A stretch of DNA of 64,000 nucleotides from Gammaproteobacteria bacterium (GTDB lineage Bacteria; Pseudomonadota; Gammaproteobacteria; Eutrophobiales; Eutrophobiaceae): assembly GCA_965215365.1 (NCBI GenBank), contig CBDCDS010000003.1:1664001-1728000 (forward strand). Direction: 5' to 3'. Below are positions 11,330 to 22,100 of this stretch, in pieces. Within the stretch, counting starts at the first letter, position 1. Each line of letters starts with the position of its first letter. The translations under genes were made by a program, and so were the position numbers. The notes under the pieces are model-generated. The model did no database searches and was not told the DNA's origin. It was given only the letters and a program-made list of their open reading frames with translations.

Positions 11330-11455
11330 GGTCACCTCTCACAAACACGAGGTGACCGTGCAGCACAAGGATGTGCTGCCAGTAACTGCAAGCACGTAAG
11401 TGCTTGAAAATGAAGGAAATGAAAAATCATACTTTTTCATTATCTCTGAGAGACA
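11330..11455. mobile_element. Partial copy of the 151-bp MITE
   Basis: ggtcacctctcacaaacacgaggtgacc, gcagcacaaggatgtgctgc, aagcacgtaagtgcttgaaaatgaaggaaatgaaaaatcatac match 57490-57640. Confidence 0.8.
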
Positions 11456-11596
11456 GTGATGGCGCTCTCGTCCATGGCGTGTGGCTTCACATGGGGACAG
11501 TTCGCAGTGGTCAGCTAGGAACGCACCTTTATGCGGGATAGAGGTGGTCGGTACATCCATGTTACTTTATACTCCTGGTGTTTCCGTGAGTAGAGC

Positions 11597-12115
11597 ATGT
11601 CCGAGAGAGCATTCAAACCGTTAAATATCGCCGTGCTGGTGGTTTCCGATTCGCGCACGGAGAAGACCGACAAGTCCGGGAAACTGCTGGTTTCCAGGCT
11701 GGAGGCGGCGGGACATTGCCTCTATGAAAAGTCTATTGTGCCGGATGACTGCCATCAAATTCGCGCACAGGTGGCGCGCTGGTGCGCCACCTCGGATGTG
11801 GACGCAGTGCTGGCTACCGGCGGCACCGGCGTGACTGGTCGCGACGGCACGCCCGAGGCCGTTGCGACGCTGCTCGACAAGCAAATCGAAGGTTTCGGCG
11901 AGCTGTTCCGCCACCTGTCCTACCAGGAAATAGGCACTTCATCCCTGCAATCACGCGCCTTGGCCGGCGTTGCCAACGGCACATATATTTTTTGTTTGCC
12001 GGGCTCTGCCGGCGCCTGCGCCACGGCCTGGGACAAAATTATCTCGCAGCAACTGGACTATCGTACCCGACCCTGCAACCTGGTGGAACTGATGCCCAGA
12101 CTCAAGGAACACTGA
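11597..12115 (+). CDS. moaB: Molybdenum cofactor biosynthesis protein B
   Basis: VSDSRT..TDKSG, TGGTGVTGRDGTPEA, GFGELFR, QSRA, LPGS, PCNLVEL. Confidence 0.95.
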   Translation: MSERAFKPLNIAVLVVSDSRTEKTDKSGKLLVSRLEAAGHCLYEKSIVPDDCHQIRAQVARWCATSDVDAVLATGGTGVTGRDGTPEAVATLLDKQIEGFGELFRHLSYQEIGTSSLQSRALAGVANGTYIFCLPGSAGACATAWDKIISQQLDYRTRPCNLVELMPRLKEH

Positions 12116-13110
12116 TGGCACTGGCCGCCGGTCAGGCTCACCGGGCGATACGACTGTGCCGGTCTTGCGGCCGGTTGCCGGGACGTTTGTCAGCGTATCT
12201 TTGTATGACGCTTGCGCTGGTGTGTTTGTTAGCGACGTTCCCGCTGCGGGCGACCGGGTCTTTTACCCTGGCGCAGCCAGTTGACTCGGTGGTCGGCGCC
12301 ATTCGCACTGTTACCGCCCGGCACGAAGACACGCTCCCGGACCTTGCCAGGGCGCATGGCCTGGGTTTCCAGGAAATTAAACTGGCCAACCCGGAGGTGG
12401 ACACCTGGTTGCCAGGGCAGGGCGCCGGGATTGTGCTGCCGACCTGGTATGTGCTGCCCGAGCCGCCCCATGTCGGCCTCGTGCTGAACATACCGGAAAT
12501 GCGCCTGTATTATTTTCCCGCCCAGGAACCGGACCAGGTGGTCACTCATCCGATCGGGGTAGGGCGCCAGGGTTGGGTTACCCCGTATCTCAATACCCGG
12601 ATTATCGAAAAGAAAACCCGTCCTTACTGGTATCCGCCCGCATCAATCCGCAAGGAACACGCCGAGCAGGGTGACCCGCTGCCGACACGGGTGCCGCCGG
12701 GGCCGGATAACCCTCTGGGAGACTATGCGCTGAGATTAGGCTTGCCCGAGTATATTATTCACGGCACCAACAAGCCCTACGGTATCGGCCTGCGGGTCAG
12801 CCATGGTTGCATCCGTTTATACCCGGAAGATATAGCCAGCCTGTACCAGCGGGTGGCGCTGTACACGCCGGTGCGCATCATCAACCAGCCCTACAAAGTC
12901 GGCCGGCGCGGCAATAAACTGTACTTAGAAGCCCATCCCTACCTGGAGGAAGATGCGGCGCAGTTCCAGGGTAGCCTGACCAGCGTGGTTAAAAGCCTGA
13001 TAAAAATTACCGGTGAGGACGCCTACGAGATAGACTGGAAACTGGCACAATCCGCCATCGACCAACGCGACGGCATTCCGGTTGCGATCGGCAGGTTAGT
13101 GGATAATTAA
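12115..13110 (+). CDS. L,D-transpeptidase (ErfK/YbiS/YcfS family)
   Basis: ANPEVDTWLP, PPGPDNPLG, IHGTNKPYGIGLRVSHGCIRLYPEDI; TGATG coupling to moaB. Confidence 0.93.
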   Translation: MALAAGQAHRAIRLCRSCGRLPGRLSAYLCMTLALVCLLATFPLRATGSFTLAQPVDSVVGAIRTVTARHEDTLPDLARAHGLGFQEIKLANPEVDTWLPGQGAGIVLPTWYVLPEPPHVGLVLNIPEMRLYYFPAQEPDQVVTHPIGVGRQGWVTPYLNTRIIEKKTRPYWYPPASIRKEHAEQGDPLPTRVPPGPDNPLGDYALRLGLPEYIIHGTNKPYGIGLRVSHGCIRLYPEDIASLYQRVALYTPVRIINQPYKVGRRGNKLYLEAHPYLEEDAAQFQGSLTSVVKSLIKITGEDAYEIDWKLAQSAIDQRDGIPVAIGRLVDN

Positions 13111-13166
13111 CCCGCAGCCTGACCCAATCCGGCGCGATCTTCGCATCACTTGGTGAGAGCTGCGGG
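13111..13166. mobile_element. 56-bp MITE (CCCGCAG...CTGCGGG) with TTAA duplication
   Basis: TTAA|CCCGCAG...CTGCGGG|TTAA; other 56-bp copies at 14880-14935 and 29632-29687. Confidence 0.8.
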
Positions 13167-13170
13167 TTAA

Positions 13171-13245
13171 GGGTGCCATCTGAAAATTAGAGATGCCTAT
13201 GCAGCACAGGGACGTGCTGCCATTTTTAATCATGCGAGTGATTCC
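13171..13245. mobile_element. Degenerate end of the 151-bp MITE
   Basis: gggtgccatctgaaaattagagatgcctatgcagcacagggacgtgctgccatttttaa resembles 57490-57548. Confidence 0.7.
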
Positions 13246-13354
13246 GACGATGTTATAAAAATGGTGTTACACTGGAGCTTCATGGCACAGGGTTGTACCG
13301 TTTCAAACCAAACATCAGCAAAAAGGGAGATGTAGCTCTCCTGTGGAGGAGATC

Positions 13355-13618
13355 ATGACTGAAAAAACAGATACTCTTGATGACAATATCAATGCATTTC
13401 AGAAGATATCCGATGAGTTACATGAACATCATTTGGGCAAGTTTGTTTTGATGCACAACAGTCAGTTCATTGCATCGTATGACAATTTCGACAATGCAGC
13501 GAGGGCGGCAATAGAGAGGTTTGGCAGAGGCCCTTATCTGATTCGTCAGGTTGGCGCTCCGACTGAAATGACTTTGCCTGCCTCCATTGCTTACCGGCCG
13601 GATTATGCCAATCATTGA
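13355..13618 (+). CDS. Small DUF5678-like protein
   Basis: HHLGKFVLMH...FDNAARAAIERFGRGPYLIRQVG pattern; overlaps the protease gene. Confidence 0.65.
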   Translation: MTEKTDTLDDNINAFQKISDELHEHHLGKFVLMHNSQFIASYDNFDNAARAAIERFGRGPYLIRQVGAPTEMTLPASIAYRPDYANH

Positions 13619-14051
13619 AGCCGGATTTATAAGTGATGATGGTAAACCGGACCCGGCTGCATTGGTTCGGTTTGGCCCGACTATTAAGGTTTTCGCAGGA
13701 CACTTGAAATCTGGCGGCAGTTCCAATTCGGTTACGGATGAATTTGTTCACGCATTGATTGACACCGGTGCCACTGAAAGCTGTATCGACATCTCTTTAG
13801 CGCAAAAGCTCGAACTCCCTGCTGTAGACAGAATAACTATTTCCGGTGTGGGTGGGACAAAGGTACACGATATGTACATGGCGCAAATTCATATACCGCA
13901 GCTTAATTTTACGCAATATGGCAAATTCTCTGGTGTGCAGTTGGCAGGCGGGGGGCAGCAACATTACGCGCTGTTAGGCAGGACTTTTTTGCGAGGAACC
14001 ATAATGATATATGACGGAATAAGGGGTCAGGTTACTGTAACCACTTCGTAA
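13605..14051 (+). CDS. Clan AA (retropepsin-like) aspartyl protease
   Basis: ALIDTGATESCI catalytic motif and ALLGRTFL. Confidence 0.85.
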   Translation: MPIIEAGFISDDGKPDPAALVRFGPTIKVFAGHLKSGGSSNSVTDEFVHALIDTGATESCIDISLAQKLELPAVDRITISGVGGTKVHDMYMAQIHIPQLNFTQYGKFSGVQLAGGGQQHYALLGRTFLRGTIMIYDGIRGQVTVTTS

Positions 14052-14124
14052 AAGTAGCAAATATTGCTCCCGGCAGGCCGCCTACGAACACCATCGTCGC
14101 CACCAGAACAACGCTCGTATTCAT
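14032..14124 (-). CDS. 30-aa hydrophobic peptide
   Basis: GAGGAG RBS then MNTSVVLVATMVFVGGLPGAIFATFTKWLQ*. Confidence 0.45.
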   Translation of the reverse strand: MNTSVVLVATMVFVGGLPGAIFATFTKWLQ

Positions 14125-14192
14125 TCAATCTTTCTCCTCAGGGCTTGCTGCCCGGATTAACAATAAACCAAGCAGCCTGACCCAACCATCTG

Positions 14193-14303
14193 CTACTCGG
14201 CGGGCGGGGCGGCGCGCTTTTTGCGGGTGCGATGGGCCAGATAGCTGAGCGCTGCACCGCCGGCGAGCAAGGTCAATAGCGGGGCCAGTATGTTCCAGGC
14301 CAT
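14193..14303 (-). CDS. 36-aa single-TM peptide with basic tail
   Basis: MAWNILAPLLTLLAGGAALSYLAHRTRKKRAAPPAE*; TGATG overlap with upstream ORF. Confidence 0.55.
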   Translation of the reverse strand: MAWNILAPLLTLLAGGAALSYLAHRTRKKRAAPPAE

Positions 14304-14469
14304 CAGTTCTCCAGGCTGCCGGCCACGCTCAGGGCCAGACCGCTTATCACGATCACCACGCCAGGCCCGGCCAGACTGGCATCGAGCGCCCCGGCAATCA
14401 GGCCGGTGGCCGCCACGATGGCGCCGGTCTGGCGCAGGCCGGCGCCGATATGGTCGGGTTGATATTCAC
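14303..14469 (-). pseudogene. About 55-aa two-TM protein needing +1 nt near its start
   Basis: GTG AAT ATC AAC then shifted frame PDHIGAGLRQTGAIVAATGLIAGALDASLAGPGVVIVISGLALSVAGSLEN*. Confidence 0.45.
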
Positions 14470-14493
14470 GGGTGAAGTATAATAGAGGCGCCC

Positions 14494-14775
14494 TTATTTC
14501 TGCATCGCCTTTTCAAACATGCGATCCAGCTTGCTTGAATTTTCGCTGCAGCAGGCATTTGCCGCGTCCGCCGCCGCCTGGGCCGCCCTGGCGGCATCCA
14601 TAGCCTGATCGGCTGCTGCCGTAGCGCTATCTGCTGCTGCCGCCGCCGCTGCCGCTGCCGCCTGTGCGTTTTCTGCCATGGATTTAGCCTCATTCACTTG
14701 CTCGACCGTTGCGCATCCCCCCAACAGCATCAGCACGGCTGCAAAAAATGTGACTTTGGTTAAAGTGTTTTTCAT
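14494..14775 (-). CDS. Lpp/OprI-like alanine-zipper lipoprotein
   Basis: GGAG RBS, lipobox LLGGC, poly-Ala coiled coil, KLDRMFEKAMQK with C-terminal Lys. Confidence 0.88.
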   Translation of the reverse strand: MKNTLTKVTFFAAVLMLLGGCATVEQVNEAKSMAENAQAAAAAAAAAADSATAAADQAMDAARAAQAAADAANACCSENSSKLDRMFEKAMQK

Positions 14776-14879
14776 ATCATATTCTCCAGTTTGCCCGGTT
14801 ACAGTAGTGGATTCGAGCGGGTATTGTAGCAAATTATCAGGTTAAAACAAGCAGTAGTGGCGGCAGTTGTATTGTCTGG

Positions 14880-14935
14880 CCCGCAGATCTCACCCGGTGA
14901 TGCGAAGATCGCGCCGGATTGGTGCTGCCTGCGGG
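14880..14935. mobile_element. 56-bp MITE copy
   Basis: cccgcagatctcacccggtgatgcgaagatcgcgccggatt...ctgcggg. Confidence 0.75.
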
Positions 14936-15301
14936 CTATCGTCCCATTCTGCCGGACGGTCGCTGGTAGCGATGTTCATGATGGCTGTCGACAAACTCCA
15001 ACAAAGACTGCTCCAGTCCGCTCATCGGGTTGGCCTCACAATAATCATCTATCCAGACCATAATCTCATCTAAGCTCAGGTTGCCGGAGATACTGTAGGT
15101 GTCCGGGACCATGGCGTTATAGGCGGTTAAATACCCCATAATGTAGGTCCGGTAAGGGTCTTTGCCATCGGTAGTGCGCTCCTTGAGATAGCGGTAGCAG
15201 GACTTCTGTCCTGCCCCCCAGATCGCATAGTTGCCTGACTTGTCCATGCCCTGGGCCGGCAGCCACAAGGCCGCGCTCAACGCGCAGCAGACAATCCGCA
15301 T
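14936..15301 (-). CDS. Small secreted hypothetical protein (two Cys in mature part)
   Basis: Signal peptide, GQKSC...YIMGYLTAYN...WIDDYCEANP; GAGG RBS. Confidence 0.75.
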   Translation of the reverse strand: MRIVCCALSAALWLPAQGMDKSGNYAIWGAGQKSCYRYLKERTTDGKDPYRTYIMGYLTAYNAMVPDTYSISGNLSLDEIMVWIDDYCEANPMSGLEQSLLEFVDSHHEHRYQRPSGRMGR

Positions 15302-15444
15302 AAAAAATTCCTCATAGCATTAACTCGTAGTATTGCAGGCACCTCTGACACAAACCACCCGCGAACCATTCTACCCGACCACGGGTTTATTGCAAGGGAA
15401 ATCCTCAGCGACGCAGGCGCGCAGGCACTTTCGCACGTGTGTCA

Positions 15445-15585
15445 TCAGCGATGGAACGCCCGGCTTGAAGAAATCATTCGCCCAACGAGGGTCGGCGGGC
15501 GCCCGCCCGTGCAGGCCATAAATAGCCTCTTTAGGCCTTTGCGGTAACAGGCATCACTGAAATCATGCGGGAACGGTGTGGCCAT
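15445..15585 (-). pseudogene. N-terminal relic of a diverged AAA-ATPase paralog
   Basis: MATPFPHDFSDACYRKGLKRLFMACTGGRPPTLVGR vs MTTSFPHDFSDERYTEALLGLFKPGTGVAPPKLAGR. Confidence 0.75.
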
Positions 15586-16130
15586 GGCACCCTCTCGATA
15601 GGACAAGTGGATGTAAATTGAAGTATCCTTTCTATGTTCAGCAGTGTACATTGCGGCGCGCCCTTAAGTCAACACAGGGAATTGACCAAGAACCATTTTA
15701 TATGCGGGTTAAGACCACTCTGCCCCGGCGCATTGATAAAACCTGTATTGGCTATTGAAAAAACAATGAGGTCGGGTTTCATTTTCGCTTGATATCAAAT
15801 ACCGGCTTTGGTTTAATGTCGGTATGTCATATTACCACGGTACTGTGTTGCTGATGTGAGAGGTAGCTGAAATGTCCTGCGATTCTTATTCTCTAACCCG
15901 TATGGAACGCCGGTTTTTCCGAGCTTGGGAAGAAATTCTCAGCAGGGCACCTCTCGTTTGGCTATCACTCTACCCCTCTATTTGATTACCGGCCGGCCAG
16001 ACCGGGAGCTGCGTCGGGTAATCCTTGCATGGCGCCAAGCCTCATGCTGTTAGCCACTGCGCTGAGCCGCTATGTGCAGTCGGTGCGGGCGGCCTCGATG
16101 GTGAGCCTTCAATAGGCAAGAGCTAAAGCC

Positions 16131-19100
16131 TTGTCTATGATCCGCATGATGTATCGAACGGCAGGCTTTGCGCACCGCCCGGCGCTCGCCGGGTTGCTGC
16201 TGTCAGTGGGGGTGGTCCTCGCCGTCTCCGGTCTGCTCCGGGCCGGGCCCGTTGCAACGCCCGGTGCCCGTCTCACCGCCGGCGACCTGACGGTCTCTAT
16301 GGACGAGACCGGCCTCATCACCGGCCTGACCGCTCCGTCCGGGCGCGACTATCACGTGAACGAGCCGCCCACTGCGCTGCTCAGCCTCATTGTTGAAGAT
16401 AAACCCACCGACCTACCGTCCGCCGGTACGGCCGCCCACTATCGCCCCCTCCGCTGGCGTTTTACACCCGGGACACCGCAGCTCGGCGAGACCGCCCGCG
16501 GCACTTACACGTTTGACTTTGCCGAGCACCTCAGCGTCACGGTGGCGTTCGTGGAAAAGCCCGGCTATGCCACTCTGGCCGTAACTGCCCTGCACAATCC
16601 CGCCGGCAAGGATGTGCGTCATATCTTGTGGGGGCCGCTCAGTACCTCTATTACCGAGAGTGTCGGCGAGACGGTGGGCGTGGTGCGCGGTCGTGACTTT
16701 GCCATGGGCTTATTCGGCACCAATGCTAAGACCTTAGGCGGCTGGGCGCGCGCATATCCGGCTACGGGGCTCAAATCCTTAGCCGCCGGTGAGGACACCG
16801 CCGGGGATGTGCGTACCGTCGCACAGGACTTTGCAACCGCCGCGGCGGTGCGCACGGTGCCGGGCAGTATTCTACAAGCCCATACCCAAGACTACACCCA
16901 AGGGCGCATGGTGGAGGTGGCGCCCACCGGTGGTCAGGAAGGGCGCCGCCGGTGGGTACCCGCTCTGACGGGAGAGTTCGCCACAGCCGGGCAACTAGTC
17001 GGCTCGCAGGTGGCGTTGTTCGGTGTCGCCGGCACCGATGCCGCCGGGGTGACGCATGCGTCACGGCGCGAGGCCTTGTATGCCAAGGTGCTGGCGCGCA
17101 TTGGCGCTATTGAGGTAGGGGAGGGCATGCCCCATCCGCAGCTCGATAAGGTCTGGGCTAAGCAAGCACTGCGCGCCAATGCGCCGTATTTGCTGTTAGA
17201 GGACTTAGACAGTCACAACTTAGACACCGCCTTGCGCTGGGCTAATGAGCTCGGTTGGGACACGGTCGCTAAAGACGCCTGCTGGGGCGTGTTCGCGCGC
17301 GGGGGTGACTTTCCGATCAGTGATGCCTTCGGCGGCTCGGACAATGCCTTGCGCTCGGTCATCGAGCGGGCGCAGTCCCGACACACCACGCTGGGCGTGG
17401 ACATCCGCTCGAACTGGTTACCGGCACCCTATGCCACGACCCACCTCGGCGGGTTAGCAGCGGCACAACATGCCACCTTAGCCGCACCCGTCACCGCCAC
17501 GGCCACGACACTGACCGTGGCACCGTTACCCGGCGGTGACTTGCAGCCCGGGTTCGCCACCACGGGGTACGTGGTCATCGGCACGGAGCTGATGGGTTAT
17601 ACCGAGACCACCCCTGTGGCCGAGAACCTGGTATTGTCGGGACTCACGCGCGGGGTCGATGCCACCTTAGCCCAGGGCCATGCAGCCGATGCACCGGTCA
17701 AGCGGGTGATTCGCAAGACGCAGTGCGGGGAATATCTGGCCGGCTTGACGCTGATGCGCGGGCGGGTTGCCGAGCGGCTCATCGAGGTACTGGACTTAGG
17801 CCTGGGCGGCGTGTCCTTAAGTGGTGCTGAGGCGCTGGCGGCAGATGGCTACGGTGCGCTGGCGGCGAACCTGGTGATGGACAAAATCTATCGCGCCCTG
17901 GCCGGCCACGACAACCTCATTACCGAGCTCAGTGTGCTCACGCCTTATACCTGGCATGTCAACACCCGTGCCGGTGCGGTCAATCAGGACCGGCGCATTT
18001 TGTCATCGGGCTTAGCCGCCCCGCAGGTGTCTTATCCGTGGGGTGCGCAGGTCTCTGCCCGGCGTAATTATCTGGCGCGCCCGATGCTGGGACGCTGGCA
18101 TATCCCAGACGCCAATGGCTGGCGTTGGGCGCTGGGCAAGGCCGCCGCGCTCGATGCCGGGTTGGCCTATGTCGGGCGCGTGCGCGATGCGGCCCGGCAT
18201 GACGCCCCGTTGCGCCGTGAGATTCGCCACTGGCGCTATGCCGCACTGGCCGGTGCCTTCGATGCGCCCAATCGCTTAGTGATGCAAGAGCAGGGCGCGT
18301 ATTTTAAGTTAGACCGGGTGTCCCACACCGGGAGTATCGGCCCGACCTGGAAGTTATCGGACTGGGCACCGCTCGGCGCTGCCGGCGGGCAGCGCCGCAA
18401 CAGCCGTTACCTGGCCCCGCAGCTGCGGGGTTTTCCCACCGCCAACTTAGCGCGTGATGCCGAGGTCACGGTATCGGGCGCCTTAGCGCCGGAATTTGAC
18501 GGCGCGCACGCGCTCGATGGGTTCACGGTGACCGGTCACGATGGCGGTGCCGGGGAATGGGCGCTTGCCGCCGGTGCCCGTGAGAAGTGGATTGAGCTGA
18601 CCTGGGAGACCCCCCGGCGGGTGCGTGAGATCATATTGTTTGACCGCGCCTCCCCGCAGCAGAACGTGCGCGCCGGGAGTTTGACATTGACCCGGGCCGA
18701 CGGCACCACCACCACGCAGCGGGTCGATGCCTTGCCGCTGACCGGCGGGGCGAAGCGCATCGCCCTGTCCGACCAAGCGCTGGTCAAGGCGCGTTTCACC
18801 CTGCACGCGACCCAGGGCGCCGCCCCGGGCTTAGCAGAGTTCGCAGTGTTAGGCCCCGCGCCGGTCTATCAGGTTAGCAACTTAGCCACAGGCGCCGTAG
18901 TCAGTGGCGTTGCAGCCGGTCAGGGCGCGCGCATCACTGACGGGGTGATAGCACCCGGCGCCGAGCCGGCGGCGACACTGACCGGTGCCTTTGCACAGTT
19001 GGACTTAGGCGGGCTGCATTATATCGGCGGGCTCACTGTCTGGCATGCCTTCGGTGACGGGCGGCGCTACCAGGATGTGGTCTTCGAGCTGGCCGACAAC

Positions 19101-22100
19101 CCGGCCTTTACTAACTCGACTATCGTCTTTAACAACGATGCGGACAATTCTCTGGGGCTCGGTGCCGGGACCGACGCCCCGTACACCGAAACTGCCGCCG
19201 GCAAGCAGGTGCTGTTCGCCCCGACCCCGGCCCGTTACCTGCGACTATGGTCACAGGGCAATACCGTCAACGATGCCAACCACTTAGTGGAAGTGGAAGT
19301 CTATGGCGCCGGTCACGGCACGGCAGCCGCCACGCTCAGCGCCTCGAGCACCGCGCCCGGGGATCTCCGCGCGGCGATAGACGGCCACCCCGACACCGCC
19401 ATCGATCTCGGCACCGGCCCACAGTACTTACAGCTTGACTTAGGCACCCCTCGGCAGGTGAACAGCTTAGTCGTGCTGCGCGAGGGGGACTTGCGCGCCT
19501 ACCGCAACGTGGTCTATCAGTTATCGAACGACGCCGACTTCGCCGACACAGTGACCACGGTGTTTCACAACGACTATGACGCGGTGCACGGCTTGGGCCT
19601 CAAAGAGCCGTCCCAAGGCGAGTATGCCGAGACGCCCAACGGCCACTATGTGCGCTTTGCACCCCGCCCGGCGCGCTATGTGCGCCTGTATTCCAACGGC
19701 TCAGACCGCGACCGCCACAACCGCTATCACGAAGTACTGGTGGGCACTGAGCATGCGACCCGGTTGCCCACACCGACGCCGGCCTGGGCACCGGCCGAAT
19801 CAGCGCCGGCCGACAACACGGCGCGGGCTGACAACGCAGCGCAGCAGGGCGCCCCGCCCGGCGCCCCAATCCCCGGCCCGGCGGCGCGCGGCGGTGGCGG
19901 ACTGGGCGCGCGGGCGTTGCCGACGGCGCGCCAGACTGCCCTGGAACTGTCGATTAACAACGTGGCAGTGACGGAGGGGGCCACGGCGTATTTTACGGTG
20001 ACCCTGTCGAAGGCGCACACCGCTGACGTCACGGTACAGGCGGCCACCTCGGACGGCACCGCCACGGCAGGCAGCGACTACACGGCGAAGACGGCCACAC
20101 TGACTATTGACGCCGGCGCTACCAGCGCCACCTTTGCGGTAGCGACGACTGCCGACAGCATTGCGGAGTCCAGCGAGACGATCAAAGTCACCCTGTCCAA
20201 CTCCAGCGGCGGCGCTACCATCAAGTCTGGCGCTGGTGTAGGCACGGCCACCCTGTACGATGGTGGGGGCGGGTTCGTCAATGATAATGACAGTGCTGTC
20301 AGCTATGAGAATGGCAGTAACGGAACAGGCGTGGCATGGTTCTATGGCGCTCGCCACGGGGGAGACTTCAACAGCTACGATAATGACGGCTACGTCACCT
20401 CCAGACCGGGTGCTTATTTTGAATATACGTTTACCGGCACCGGCGTGGATTTTATCTCGGAGACTAACAAAGACCACGGCGAGGTTGACCTCTATATCGA
20501 CGGCGCCAAGGTGGCGCGCGTGTCGTTGAACAGTGCGACCCGTGTCGGCAAGGTGCTGGCCTACAGTGTGCGCGGGTTGAGTCTTGGGGAGCACACCATC
20601 AAGGGTGTGAAGGTGGGCAGTGGCACTCCCAGCAATTATTTAGTGGTCGATGGCTTTTTTGTGTACGCCCCCTTAGACTTCGTCACCTGGCACTTGCCTC
20701 GTGAGCTGCGGTATATGAAGGGTGAAGCGATATTGGCCCCGACCCGGCTGCCGCGGGTCGATGGCGGCACGGGGACGGTGACTTATGCCTTAACACCGAC
20801 GCTGCCGACGGGCCTGCAATGGGACCCCAAGGAACGCACGATTTCAGGTACGCCCACCGCAGATAAGGCGCGCGCGCAATACACCATGACGGCGACCGAT
20901 GCGGCCAGTCGCACTGCCACTTATACCTTCCACCTGACGGTGTCCGCCACGGACAACAAGCCCACCTTCGGCAACAAGACGCAAGACGACCTGCTGCTGA
21001 AGAAGGAAGCGGCCATGACCACCGTCACGCTGCCGGCGGCGACCGACGGCGATGGGTCTTTGACCTATCAGTTGTTGCCGTTGAAGTGGACGAACATCGG
21101 CGGCGATTACGTGCCGCAGCCGGCTAATACGCCGTTGGATTACACCGGGGTGGCGAACCTGCCGGCGGGGCTGAGCTTTGATATCGACGCGCGGGAGCTA
21201 TCGGGGACCCCCACTGAGAAGTGGACGCGCGGCCAGTACACGCTGGTGGCTACGGATGCCGATGGCGACACGGCGGCGCTCAGCTTCCACTTAGGGGTAG
21301 TCGATACGTTAACCCCGGCGACCCCCTCCAGCGTCCTGAAGATGTGGACGGCCGATGCGCTCACGCGCATCAATGACGATGCGACCGGTCCGAACTCGCC
21401 GTCGACCCGCATTGATTTACATGCGGTGCGCAATGAGTATGAAAGCGGGCAGGTGGTGTTGCGCAGCAATGCGGACTTGACCATTACCGAGGTGGCGTTT
21501 ACGGATCTGACCAGTGGCAGCAACACGATTGCCAAGTCTCACCTTAACTACCATTTTGCCGAATACCATGTGCCGGTCATGCCGACGCACCCCAATATCA
21601 CAGGGGAGAAGCACCGCCCGATTTATCCGTATTTCAAACGCAGACCTGATCCGTTGTCGAACGCCCGCTCTATCGTGGTGCCGGCGAATGTGACGCAGCC
21701 GATTTTTGTGAAGGTGTATGTGCCGAAGGGTCAGGCGGCGGGGACCTACACTGGCACGGTGACGGTGAAGGTCAACACGGCGCAGGGCAACGATACCAAG
21801 ACCGTGTCTTTGAGCGTGAAGGTTTATGCGGTGGAGATTCCCGATGCCAAGGACAGTGGGCACTTGCAGTATAACTGGGCGAACACCAACATTTATTCGA
21901 TAGAGAACACCAGTGATTTCGGCTTTGAGTACTACGGGATTGCCAAGTACTCCGATGAGTGGTGGGAGTTGATGGGCAATATGGCGGACACGATGGTGGC
22001 GCATCGCCAGAACGTGGCCCTGCTGTGGACGGTGAGCCAGCTTCGTGACGGCGGCACCAAGGTCAACGCCGACGGCACGTATGATTGGAATTGGGGCTTA

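Noticed and set aside
15872-15985. 37-aa ORF upstream of the giant gene as a leader peptide
   Set aside because: It has an RBS-like GAGAGG but no attenuator structure or recognisable similarity; insufficient support.
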